From positions 56,420,001 to 56,484,000 of the forward strand of contig CM060732.1 in assembly GCA_030704615.1 (NCBI GenBank): DNA of 64,000 nt, read 5' to 3'. Made by a program: the position numbers and the translations under genes. The stretch is from Takakia lepidozioides. Lineage: Eukaryota > Plantae > Bryophyta. Positions 12,991 through 25,317 of this stretch are shown in pieces. The notes under the pieces were generated by a model. It was not told where the DNA came from, made no database searches, and worked only from the letters and a program-made list of their open reading frames with translations. Positions within the stretch are counted from its first letter, which is position 1, and every line of letters begins with the position of its first letter.

Positions 12991-14119
12991 GCGACTGATG
13001 GTATCTTCCGACAGCTCCGTGGTCGCCCGAGTCATGTTCAATTGCCGGGGCTTCGTGCACTTCTTGGCCATGTGCCCGGGCTCCCCGCAATTGAAACACA
13101 CTCCATCAAAGGTCGCCTTCTGTCCGCCATAAGCCGCTCCACCCGCTTTTCCTTTCGAAGCACCGGGTGCCGCCTTGACGTGTGAAGGCCCTCCCTTCGA
13201 TTTCCACGTGCCATTTTCGCCGCGTGGCCTATCCCACTTCTTTTCCGGTCGGAAGGAGTCACCTTCCCGCCGGGTCTTCTTGTGGTTCAGCTCCGTACGG
13301 CCTTGTCTCTCACCCCTAGGGACATCCGAGAAACATTCAGCCCTCTCAATTGCCTCGTTCAAAGTCTTGGGTGGCTTCTCCTCCAACTTCCGCCTGGCCC
13401 ATGGGGCCAGTCCCGCCACAAAGTTGAAGACCATTTCTGGTTCTGCCATGTCCGCGACTTCGAGCAACAGCACATTGAAAGCCTGGACATACCCCCGAAT
13501 GTCATCTGTTTGCTTCAAATTCCTCATCTTGTCCCGGGCAAGCCAGGACGCGTTGAGGGGCACAAACTGTCTCTTCATCAATTCCTTGAACCCACTCCAG
13601 TTCAAGGTTTCCGGGCTTGGGCCTCGGTCGTGAAGGCGTTTCTGCCACCATTGTTGAGCATAGCCCCTCAAATAGGTGGGAGCCACTTCCACCCGATCCT
13701 CGTCACTCAACTTGGCCGCCCGGAAGTACTGCTCTAGCTCCAGGAGCCAGGTGTTGAGTGCCTTCCGGTTTCGAACGCCCTCGAAGGTGCCGGGTTCCTT
13801 AGGCTTCACCTTAAACTTTGCCTTAGTGGAAGTGGCATTAGCCGCCTTCAACACGTCTTTCAACGTCCCGCCAAACTGCGCCAACAACCCTTCCCAAAAG
13901 GCTGCCGGCATGGGAGGCATCTCTTGGTTTGTCGGAGCTCTCAAGGATTCCTCGGGCTCCGACTCCTCGGATTCCTCCCGCTCCTGAGCGGCCTCGTTTT
14001 CGGAAACATTCATCGCTTCCTCAAACGGCCGCCTCGGTGACACGTCGCCCCCATCGGGCTCACCGGGATCATCATCTTTTGGGCCGTTCCGCTTTCGCTT
14101 CGGCTTGCCCGACCCCATG
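12877..14119 (-). CDS. gag: gag with zinc knuckle
   Basis: PGTFEG..WL..LEQYF, YLRGYAQQWW, FVAGL, CFNCGEPGHMAKKC; first ATG after the PBS near 14119. Confidence 0.9.
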
Positions 14120-14159
14120 ATGAGGCCAATCCCAAGGACGATCGCGTACTGAACTCTAA

Positions 14160-14171
14160 GCTCTGATACCA
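14160..14171 (-). promoter_or_regulatory. Primer-binding site (tRNA-iMet)
   Basis: TGGTATCAGAGC on the minus strand, 2 nt from the 5' LTR. Confidence 0.93.
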
Positions 14172-14173
14172 AA

Positions 14174-14897
14174 TGTCGCACACCTCACTCCGGTAAGCTC
14201 CCCTTCAAGTCATAGTTACTCGCTTTGATGCGCGCGCCTGACTCCCAACCTGGCCGCCGGGCCAACTTGGAGCTTCGGCTGCTCACCGGGACATAACGGT
14301 CCCCCCTTCGTTCCCTCTAAACCCTCCACCTATTTGGGACTAGGAGAATTCCCTTTGGTAGATGGCAGTCCGGAACAGCTCCCCACTCTTTGGTCGCTTT
14401 CCGGCTCGCTCGCTTACTCACTAGTTTTTGGTCACCAACGGGCTTGCACCGTTCTCGGGGTTACTACTCCCTATATATACTTCTGTAGCTGTCCGCGGGG
14501 GTTTCATAACCAGCCATGCCATTTTATGGCGAACCACCACGAAAACCCTCGACTCCCGGTGGTGAGTCGCGGTGAGTCTTGGCCCACTCACCGCGGCCCC
14601 AATGGACCGTGATGAGTCCCAAGACTCCCCACGACTCCCACCTCGAGGTCTCCACCCCATGGTGAGTCCTATGCCACCCCCACTAAGTCCCACTAAGCTA
14701 CCACCACCCCTTGTGGAGCCCCCTCCACCGCAACCCGGTGTGCGGGGCTCCACCTAGTGAGCGCCTCCGCCTCCTTGAGTGCCTTGGGCACTCAAGGGTG
14801 CTTCAGCCCCCCATACCTATCGCTGCCGCTGCCCCCACCACAGGGGCAGCCCCTCATGTGTCCCGACCCCCTGCTCTCAAGGCAAAGGGCCGCGACA
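14174..14897 (-). repeat. Chromovirus 5' LTR
   Basis: Direct repeat of 7933-8658. Confidence 0.95.
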
Positions 14898-17749
14898 GTC
14901 GGCCTCAACCTGACTCAGATCGCAGCCTGGTTCCACCCGCCACACCGGGGGAGCCTCTGGCATTGTTTGTATGCCGTCTTGGGCTTTCCATACACGCAAG
15001 TCATAATGTCGTGCCTGCAGAACCAGAACTGGGTGGTTGTCGCCTCCGCAAACTTTGCATGGACAAATCTTCCTGTAAAAGTAGGAGCAGGGACAGCCCC
15101 ATCTGGATTCCTCCTTATCATCTCTAAACAACGTTGCCGTGTATCCACACGAATTGCGGAACACCTTCCTCGAAACGACGGCTTTGTGCGAGCAATTCTC
15201 CACTGTGAGGCAGACACAGTCGTCTCCACAATGGCTTGGCCATACTGCATAACACGGGCGGAATCTGGGGCAAGGGAGCGGTGGGAATTTTTTGCACGAA
15301 ATCCTGGTTGAAGGCGACGGCGATCTGGAATTTCTTGGGCTTCCACTGCTGGAAGACACATTGTGCGGCAACATGACGGGACCTCGAGGTGCTGTCCGAA
15401 TGTTCCTGTCGGATCTCCAGGAATCCTCTTCGCACCCGGGTTCCTCTCAATCCTCCGCTTGACAGGGCGAGTCCGGACGTCCCCCTCTAGGTGTTCGCCT
15501 CTGCGGTGCAGAGGCGTCCTTTTGATCTTCTCTCGCAATGCTATCGCCCATTTCACTGGATTCTTGGACCTCGAAGCTGTTCGTACCAACAATTCCTCCC
15601 TGTCCGGCCCAAAGCCCCATTGTTTGCCGCTCAAGAACTTGTAGTACGTGGCTTGCTGCATGATTGCTCTGTCGATGTCCTCCGTTGTGGCCGTCACTAC
15701 GTCCACCAGATGTGCGGCAGAAGACGCTCGCCAGGAGGAGTGGACCGATTCTGCCATATTCGTGTTCGGCATGTCCGTGTCGGAATCCGAGCACCGCTCC
15801 TAGAAGGACACAAACAATGGTGAGGGACCAATCGAAATGTCCGTAACAGAAAGACAAATGAACGAAATTGACAGCAGCCTACCTCCCGCATGTACTGTCC
15901 GAACTGTCGATACCGAAAATGCCACCACCCCAACTAGCTATGCAATGCTCCTAGATTGGTTGTCTCCACTGCACCCGACGTGTTCCACCAAGCCTCGATG
16001 ATAGGAAACTTAACCTCCGCGTCATCAAATGTGGGTGCATCCTTCCACGCCGTACAAAGGACACGGTGTTCAGCCTGGAATGAGCTAGCAACAAATTTGC
16101 CAGTGTAGTGGGATAGACTCTGCATCCAATGGAATCCACAGGATCTCTCTTTCCCCTCCATTGGAACATTGGGGTCCTCACCGTACACACGCCGCACCGC
16201 TGCCCAGTTGGCCTGAGCGTTGTCTGCCATGAATCCCCTGAAATTGGGCTCTGGCAATCCCGCCCTTGCCATCTGCTCGTTTATGCCCTCCCACAGATGC
16301 ATCTTGGACTGTGTGTCCTCCCCTTTCATCTCGCAGATTGCAATCGTCATGAGCCTCTTGGAGTGATAGTCATAAACATGCGCACCCATAGTCACCCACT
16401 GATGGTTTGTAATTCGCTTGATGTGATCAACATCACCCAAGCATTCGACAAGTTTCCAGTTGTCATGCGAGTGACCAAATCGACTCCACTCCCAGGCCCA
16501 CACGTCGACATTTTGAAAATGTAACAACGATCGGATTCCTTGTGGGCTGCCTTTAGCTGAATATTCTTTGGTCTGGCTCCGGGGCTCAATTTCACCTCCT
16601 CTTTTATGATGTCGTGTGCTTCCTGCACAGCCTCACGCATGTTGCCTCTCGCCAAGGGGTGGGAGTGGACCCCAACGTGTATGCAAGCTCTAGTCAAGTC
16701 CGGGAGCAAATGGATAACGTAATATTGCTTGGCTCTGCACATGGACATGCACGTCGGTGGTTCTTTGCAATGTGCACACTTGAAAGAACCCGCAGGAGCT
16801 TGGCTGGAGACAATGAATGGATGATGCGTTGTGCCAGTCCAATCCGTCTCGTTTCTCCGCCCTCCTTTGGAGAGAAAGTGGAAGCAGGTGGGATTGAGGC
16901 ACCTCAGCTTCCCCGCACAGAGGACATATCGTACACGAACACCATCAGCAATTTTCGTGCTACTGGTCTTCGTCACACACCAGGGGTGTCCGTCATGCTT
17001 TCGATCCATGTCTGTTAACATCCCGGAGGCTTTGTTTGACGAAGAAACAGGTGGAAACTCGAAGATGACATTGCCATCGACTTCGGGAGGCAGAAACATT
17101 ACCTTTCTGACTGGGAATTTGGCATAGTCGAGAGCAGCCAGCTCGGAGCGAGAACCATCGAGGTGATGTTGTCGTAGGAGCTGCACAATGGACCGGGTTG
17201 GAGTTATGCTCGAGGGCACATGCGTAGCACCTACAGAGACGTCCATGCCGGATTTGAACGACCGTGTGGAGACATGGGTACCTCAATGCAATCATCTTCC
17301 TCGTCGGAAATGTCGAATACGTCCACACGAGAAGCTATGGAGGGTCTTGACGGTCCAGGTCGGGAATGATTATCGTTGCATACCTCTCTGTTGGCAGTGG
17401 CCGCCTCTCGGTTTCCGGACTCCTTTGTGGATGGTGTGGGCAGCGACTGATTCGGAAAGGGAATGGGCATTCCCACAGCTCGGTACAGGATGGTGTCTGA
17501 TGGGGGAACGTGCCATTCGATTCCGCAACCTCCGTCGTTACCTAGCACGACAATGGTCTCGTCAACCTGTCCAGGAACATCCTTCCTTTCTTCTTCCAAA
17601 TAAACTGTGCCCGGTTTGAGCTTGAATTTGGAACAAAGGTAAGTTTCAGTCACTCTGCAAAGTCCTCCCTCGTTTGGGATCCAGGCTCTCCCAAGTTGCG
17701 GAGGACAGCAAACTATAGCGTAGGAATTCGGAGCCATCGAACACCGCAC
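14898..17749 (-). pseudogene. Mutator-like DDE transposase (Cys-rich N-terminal domain and catalytic core), frameshifted
   Basis: N-terminal DGHPW..CAGKLRCLNPTC..C..C..C..HSH; core D (DHIKR), D (FMADNAQA), CxxH (CGFHW), E (TNMAESVH). Split across ORFs 17231-17749, 16392-17246, 15934-16527 and 14915-15772. Confidence 0.8.
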
Positions 17750-18153
17750 GAAGTTGGCAAGTGCGAGGTTCAGTATAGCGCCAGACCAAGCCTCACAGGC
17801 ACCATGCGGAGTCCATCGACGATTGGAAGTCGCACATTGAAGTGAAAGTATTGTTTCAAGCTACATGCATGAAGGTGGGAGGTTTGATTCCATAGCCAGT
17901 AAGTATGACAATGATGGCCGATTCGGCGACGAAATAACATCTCCTGACAGTTTCTCCTGAGGGTGGATCCAGCAGTATTCTCGGTGCAGACAGGAACGTT
18001 CGCATTGACAAGTGCCAGTACTGTTAGTTAAAACGGTCAGACAACCAAGTTGTGCTCATCAAGACTGGCCGCAATTGTGTTGTTTCGGACCAATGCAACC
18101 CATTGAGGTTCCAGATTTCCCGTCCCGAGTGATTCTTTCGATTGCTGGTGGAC

Positions 18154-19695
18154 GGAAATACGGCGCCGCATTTCCGTATTGCTTCTTGGTCATGCACCAG
18201 AGCGACGGAAATGCGGCACCGAGTTTCCGTCCGGGGGAAACCTTTATACTCTCCAGAACGGAAATGCGGTAACGCATTTCCATCCAGCAAGCACGGTATG
18301 TGAAGGTGGAACGGAAATGCGATACCGCATTTCCGTTCTGATTGAGAATTATGAACAACGGGAACAGAAATGCGGCACCGCATTTCCGTTCGAGTCGCAC
18401 TTTTCCGACATTCCAGAACGGAAATGCGGCGCCGCATTTCCATTTTGTATCTGATGCATGGAGCTGAGGGATAGAAATGATGCAGCACATTTCCGTCCTT
18501 AAAAGACATTCATACTCTCCAGAACGGAAATGCGGTACCGCATTTCCGTTCTGATTGAGAATTATGAACAACGGGAACAGAAATGCGGCACCGCATTTCC
18601 GTCCGAGTCGCACTTTCCGACATTCCAGAACGGAAATGCGGCGCCGCACTTCCATTTTGTATCTGATGCATGGAGCCGAGTGCGATTCCGACCGTTGAGA
18701 CAGCGCAATTCCGACCGCTTGAGACATTCATACTATTCAGAACGGAAATGCGGTACCGCATTTCCGTTCTGACTGAAAAGCGGTACCGCATTTCCGTTCT
18801 GACTGAAAATCGTGAACCATCGGAACTGAATTGCGGCAGCGCATTTCCATCCGAGTCGCACCTCCCAACATTCCAGAACGGAAATGCGGCACCGCATTTC
18901 CGTTCTGATGAAAAATCGTGAAACATCGGAACTGAAATGCGGTACCGCATTTCCGTCGGAGTCGCACCTTCCGACATTCCAAAACGGAAATGCGGCAGAG
19001 CATTTCCGCGAGCGTCAGACGTTTATACTCTACAGAACGGAAATGCGGTACCGCATTTCCGTTCTGACTGAAAATCGTGAGCAACGGGAACAGAAATGCG
19101 GCATCGCATTTCCGTCCGAGTCGCACCTTCCGACATTCTAGAACGGAAATGCGGCGCCGCATTTCCGTTTTGTATATGGGGCCTGGAGCTGTGGGACGGA
19201 AATGTGGTGCCGCATTTCCATCCATGTGAGACCTTCAAACTTTCCAGACCGGAAATGCGGCACCGCATTTCTGTTCAGGTGAGACCTCTATACTTTCCCG
19301 AACGGAAATGTGGCACGGCATTTCCGTTCATCAACTAACGTATGTGAAGGGGGAACGGAAATGCGGTACCGCATTTCCGTTCACATTGAAAATCATGAAC
19401 CACGGGAACTGAAATGTTGTGCCTCATTTCCGTCCGAATCGCACCTTTCGACATTCCAGAACGGAAATGCGGCGCCGCATTTCCCTTTTGTATCTCATAC
19501 ATGGAGCTGTGGGACGGAAATGCGGCACCGTATTTCCGTTCAACAACTAAGGTATGTGAAGGTGGAACGGAAATGCGGTGCCGCATTTTCTTCCAACAAG
19601 TACGGATGTGTAGCTTCGTGATGGTACTTAACGGAAATGCGGCGCCGCATTCGCATTTTCACTCCAACTCATCAGACGCTGGGACGGAAATGCCT
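18154..19695. repeat. Array of ~28 palindromes GGAAATGCGG-NN-CCGCATTTCC at a 53-bp period
   Basis: Starts at 18154, 18207, 18260, 18313, 18366, 18420, 18473, 18526, 18579, 18632 and 19039, 19092, 19145, 19198, 19251, 19304, 19357, 19410, 19463, 19516, 19569; about five recurring spacer types. Confidence 0.95.
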
Positions 19696-20089
19696 TGAAA
19701 TGTGAACACGTGGAGCAACGGAATTGCTGCACATGTCGGCACTCTATCTGACTGAAGTGGCATGAGGCGGCGCGGCCTGACCGTTGGATAATGATGTTTG
19801 TTTTTCGGACGGCAGGCGTACCCTGAACGATTCGAATTTCGTAATGACGCAAAGTCCACGAGGAGACACTTTCGTCCAACCCTTTCGAACCCAAGTGGTG
19901 CATCACCGCCGTTTCATCTACTTTTGTCGTGTCTCCTCAGTCACCCCTCTCGCGCCCTTTCCATCTGCACTCTTTGCCCCTTTTCCTCTCTCTGTTCTTC
20001 TTATGCTCGAACCTGAGAGGGGGGGAGTTCGTGCACCAGACAGGAGACCTCGTCGCAAGCTCCGAAAATTATACTTCGGACGTAGGCCA

Positions 20090-23000
20090 ATGCCGAAGGG
20101 GAGGAAGCAGATGCGTCTACAGGAGGAGATTGCCATCTCCGAGCAGCAGGCCACTCAGGCAACCCAGCCACCAGTGAGAGCTCCATGCGATCGGGCTGCG
20201 CGCAGCTGATCGAGCACCGAACCCCCCATTTTGCTTCTGTAATTCTTAGACTGAATGCTAGGAGACTTGAATGCAGAACATGTTTGCATGCCTAACAGGA
20301 AAGGTGGACGTGCTGGAGGGATCGCAGGAATCCGAAGAGCCGCAGGAAGAGTCCGAGGAGCTAGCTGCAGCACGTACACCCACCCGATCCCCGAGCGCGG
20401 GTATTCCTGCCGGGCCTAGCCCTGTGCGATTCAAAGACGCGGCTTCGAAGGGCAAGTTCAAAGCCCCAGAGATCGACTCGCGTTCTTTGGTCATGGAGAA
20501 TCGCCAGCAGGGGTCGGGCCCTTCTCCAGCAAAGTCGAAGAAGAAGCAGCCCGTCCCTCTACTGGTTTCTGAACCGGCTCAGGCCGATTCACCCCCCCCC
20601 AACGCGAATGAAGCAGCAGGGTAAAAGACAGATTCAATTGCAGCAGACACCTTCACCTGCAAGGATGAGGAAGCAGAAGGCAATCAGGGCGACGGCCGAA
20701 CAATCTCCCGCAAAACCGCTTCCACGAGCTGAAGCTCAGTTCCTGGAGGATTTCCCGCCTGCAGATGTTGGGGCCATTTGTGCTGCAGCGAAGGCAATGG
20801 GATCGACCGTTTTTGTCGATTTGGTACCGGAGGAGGGTGCTGCCGCTGAACGTTCGCAGCCAGACCTCACCACCGATGAGCAAGCAGGCCCGGAGGAGGC
20901 CTCTGCAATGGCAGAATTGCCCGCACACAGGCCCCAGAGTGCAGCTCCAGTTGAGGATGCTCCAGCTGCTCAGCCACTACCGGCACCTACAGACATGTCT
21001 CCGGAGGATTTCAAAAGTGCAGCGGATAAAATGTTGGAGGAGACACACAGTAGCATTGGCAGAGTTCTGGGCAGCAGGGTATTCCAGCGGACTCTTCGAA
21101 TCCCACTCTGTCGCATGGTCTCCCTTCCCATCGTCAGGCAGGCCCTTCCCGGAGATGTGGATAAGCTCAAGTTCGCATTTCGAGAAGGGTACCGTCTGGG
21201 ATCGGCAGCGTTTTACGTTTCCATTGAGAATGAGGACGGCGAAACTCGTGGACCCACTGCCGATGAATTGTCTCGCAACGACGAATTCGAGGCGACGCTG
21301 AAGGGTGATCCAGACTTCGGCCATATGTCGGGTAAAATGTTCTTTGTGTGGGACGGGAATCACCGACTTCTTGCCTGGTGGGAGTACATCAAGCAGAACC
21401 ATGCCAAGCACATTGGCTGGCATTACATGGTGGAGTGTGTCATCCTGAAGGTGAAGGCGGCAGACTCCTCCCTGCTCAAGAATGCCATGGCGGACCTCAA
21501 CTCGTAAGATACTCATACCCTCCCTAGCACGTTCGAAATGCGGTGCCGCATTTCGGTTTCCATTCTGGTTTGTTTCCGTGCTTCCGTGTACTGAACTGGA
21601 GAGTGTGCCTTGCAGGGTCACTGAGAATGCGTACGTGCATACCCACATGGCACATATGTTGTACAGGGTGAGGAAAACTGGTCTCACTGATCCGCAGATG
21701 TTTGCGGAAATGCTGGAGCCCGAGCTCATTCAGAAAGCCGTTGCAAAAACAGACCGGACATGGTATCGTCTGGAATGGTGGAGGTGATATACGAAGTAAG
21801 TCGTCCTCCCATTTCCCTCTGCTCATCCTTCCCCAATTTCCAGTAATCTTTCCACATGAATCGAATGTAACGCTTCTGCATGTTTTTGTTGGCAGTCAAA
21901 CATCAAGCTGGATTTGGCCCATGCCAAACGCTTCTTCATGGAAAGTGAGGGGCAGGTCAAAACGTTGCAGTCATTGACTGAGCACTTGAAGGAAGCCGGT
22001 GTCAAGTCCAGAACCAAATACAAGTCAAAGCTTGTGAAGCTGGTGGCAATTGCAGATCCGGCACTTGGAAAGGACTTCATCCCCGAGATTGCAAAACACT
22101 ATTCTCGGGCCATGCAGCCGACCATGCAATTGGAGAAACTGCATCACCTCTCAACGGCATGTGTGGAGGCGAAAGAGAAGGTGAGGTTTCAATGCACTGA
22201 AGTTCCTTCCTAGCAATAGCCACTCTCTTCCAGCTCCTGACATTGGATCGGAAATGGCAGACACGGTGGCTGTCGATCTGGAATGCATCCGAGAGCATAA
22301 GGACAATGTGGTCTTTTCCACTCGAAGTTTCCGACCCTGCAGTGGATGTGTGGCTCAACCGCATGACTTGGTGGTTCCAGGTAATTCAAAGTACTTCCCC
22401 AGATTTGCTTTTCTGAAATGAATTCCCTGAACTGCTACGTGACAATGCATTTGGGAATCGCAGGTAATGTCGAATGCGAAGGAGCAAGTCGTAATGCACA
22501 CAAATTCGTTCGGCTTGTACGTCAAATGGGATGGAACACAGACATTGGAAGACTACGTGACACGTTTCAGATGTGCGTACAAGGACAACCTTTTCGCCAG
22601 AGAGCTACAGACAGCAAGAAGGAGCGTGGAGTTTACACATCAGGAGGGAGCGGGGAAAGCTGCAATGCGAATTGTTTACAGGTGAAGCACAGCTGCCCTT
22701 GTATGCGAAGCCTGGTTACGAGGTTTGTCTCGGAAATGCGGCACCGCATTCGCATTTTATGTTTTCGGTGGCACTCTGCGAGTAGGTTGGTCTCAACTTT
22801 TGCTCACGCATGCTGACTGCCTTGCAGGTATATGAAATACGTGCTCCTTCAGACAGGGGCCCTGGCTCAAGAGCCCCCGTTCTTCATGGCTTGGACCGTG
22901 GCGGGCCCAAGCTGTGTCTACACACCCGAGATGCAGAAACAATGGCATCCCGCGCATCTCGTTGGATGCCCGTGGTACCTGGACATGTCTGGCGGTATTG

Positions 23001-25181
23001 TTGACGAGTCTGAGAAAGATCTGCACGCCTTGGCAGAAGAGAAGAGAAAGGAAAGACGTGTCCCTGCTGGGCCAAAGTCGGCAAAGGAATCTGCTGCTCT
23101 GGAAGAATCCAGAAAGGCAGCTGAGATGGCACAAAAGACGGTGGATGCAGCTGTGCAGGCCCAACAGAAGGGGTCGAAGAAGAGGACTCGCCAGCAAGGA
23201 GCAGCTGTTGTGACACCCGCCAAAACGAAGAAGCAGAAACAGCCTGTTCAGGAAGAGGGTGAGGAAGAGGACTCCGATGGAGACTTTGCAACCAGCCCAC
23301 CCCCCCAAACGCAGGCTGCCTCCCCTGTGCCCACCGTTGTCACGAGAGGCACGAGAACTGGCTCGGCAAAGAAGGCACTCTTCAACCCCCCAGGGGGGCA
23401 CCCTTTCGAGCCGGTGGAAATGAAGAGGCCGAAAGTGGCTCCCGAAACAGTAGTCCAGTGTGTAAATGAGAGTTTCTTGGCGGCTTTGGATGGACGGGCA
23501 GCCAAGTTGGCATACATGAAGACCATGGAGGGTCTGAAGGGCAGAGCACTGAAGAAGGCGACTGCCGAAGAGCCTTCCGACACCCCAGGATTTCAGAATA
23601 TGGTCTCGTTCTTTGAGAGGGTGTGTGCAGACAAGGATTGTAGGAGGGGCGGAAATGCCACCGAGTGGTCTTGCGATATGATCATCTTGGATATTCCGGA
23701 CGGAGAGCCTGTGGAAGGACTGCAAGCTTTGCCATCTTGGAACAGGTACTCGGAGGACTTTTGGAAGAAAGGATTCGGGCTTGCCCGCATGGTGTTGGAC
23801 GACAGAGGCTGTGTGGTTGTCCTGGCGAGCAGAGGAAAAAACACTCAGACAGGAATTGCGAAGTGGACCCGCAAGAGCGCCGTCCCGATTCTGAAAAAGA
23901 AGTGGACGTGCATCAACACACTGGGCCTTCGGTCGGAAGGGAAGAAGGTGATTACGACACTGGCACTCGTCCATTCATTTGCTTGGGTGTTTTCAAATGC
24001 GGTGCCGCATTCGGTTTCTAATCGTTCCCCCCTGTGTATGCAGACGAAGCAGTTCGATGCATACTGCTTTGTGAAGGAGAACTCCACCTTTGCTTTCCGG
24101 AAGGAGGGAGGAAAGGTTGACCCGAACTGCGACCCCCTCGATTACGACGTTCTGTTCAACAACGTTCCCAAGGAACTTCTCCCTCATAGCCTCACTTCAA
24201 CGGAACCCCTGCGGTACTCACGGACTCGGAGCCCTGCCTTCATTCAGACAATTATGGAGACATGCACAGACGTGGAGGGCACAGTGCTCGACCTCATCTG
24301 TGGGACAGGTATGCAGAATCTTGATCTATGCTGTTTCTGCAAATTCTCGTTAGGATGTAGTTCGCAACATCTGAAGCGCCATGTGGTAATGTGTGGATGG
24401 CATTGTAACAGGTGCCTCAATGTGGGCTGGGCGGTTTTCCGACCGGCACCTCTTTGCCTACGAGGAGGATTCATCCGTGTGGGGATCCCATCTGGAAGGG
24501 CTGCAACGGAATGTTAAGGCTCCCAACAGAGCGGAAGTCTCCTCGGATTCGTCGGAGTCCGAGGAAGACACAGTGGACATTGATGCGGAGGAGAACCCGG
24601 AATACGAGTGAGTGCAAACATTGTAAGTTTGCAAAGCCTTCTGGGTCATTTTTGTCAAACGAATTTCCCGACTGTGGTTCTCATTAGTCTCGTTGATGAT
24701 TGTCATGTGCAGGATTGCAGGGTCCGGGTCGAAACATGTAGGGCCTACACTTCCTGCCAGGAAGAATGTCCCGTTCTTTGCGAGGGCCGACTTCATGACG
24801 AGCCCGGTGAGGGACTACTCCCTTCCTAGTTATGCAGCTAAACTCGCAAATACAGCGATTAGAAGAAGTGAGAATCCCAGTAAAGTAGAGCAGATTTTGG
24901 AGAGGGCTAGGGAGGACAGAAGGATAAGGAAAGAGTTGGCAGCAGCTCAGACAGGTAGACGGGTACGAAAGTACATATGTGATTCAGCGGATGAGAGCGA
25001 CGCAGACAGGGAGGAAGACGACCCAACGGAGGTGAGATGGACAGTTCCGCAAGGGGAAGATGGGATTTTCGAAAGCCTGGCCAACGAGCAGTCCGCTGGA
25101 GATGAGAAAGGCACTGAGGGGGTGGAGGCGGAGCAGGACAGTCTAGAACAGGATGAGGATTCGGATGATTTTCAAGATTAA
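20090..25181 (+). CDS. Multi-exon gene: ParB/Srx-like domain plus beta-class amino-DNA-methyltransferase-like domain (probably disrupted in this copy)
   Basis: Approximate exons bounded by GT..AG: 20090-20173, 20299-21503, 21616-21796, 21896-22180, 22234-22380, 22464-22681, 22828-23947, 24044-24308, 24412-24607, 24713-25181. ParB-like VRQ..DVDKLK..F..GY and FVWDGNHRL. MTase-like DMIILDIPDG, ARMVLDDRGCVVV, RSPAFIQTIMETCTDVEGTVLDLICGTG|ASMWAGRFSDRHLFAYE. Apparent frameshifts near 20595 and 21773. Confidence 0.75.
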
Positions 25182-25317
25182 TAGAATTTTAATGAAGTCT
25201 CTGTAAATGTAAATTCTCTTCCAGAGTATATAAAGGAAATTCGCCCGACATTCGTGACCCCTCTCCAGTGTGCATTCCAGCCACACAATCGCCCAAACCA
25301 CGACGCTCCCAAAATCA

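Larger units (their letters stand above)
7933..14897 (-). mobile_element. Full-length Ty3/gypsy chromovirus
   Basis: LTRs 7933-8658 and 14174-14897 (TG...CA), TSD GTCGG (7928-7932; 14898-14902), tRNA-iMet PBS, gag-PR-RT-RH-IN-chromodomain. Confidence 0.96.

Noticed and set aside
18154-19695. CRISPR-like look (palindromic repeat with ~30-bp spacers)
   Set aside because: Spacers recur in a higher-order pattern rather than being unique, there are no cas genes, the context is eukaryotic, and the repeat also occurs singly in introns.
18012-19906. Dense overlapping ORFs with MRHRIS / KCGAAFP / GNAAPHF motifs (also 25143-26210 and 38960-39990)
   Set aside because: These are translations of the palindrome in six frames, not genes.
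22793-23974. 393-aa minus-strand ORF (and mirror ORFs near 41157-42337)
   Set aside because: Antisense shadow of a GC-rich exon; no motif support.
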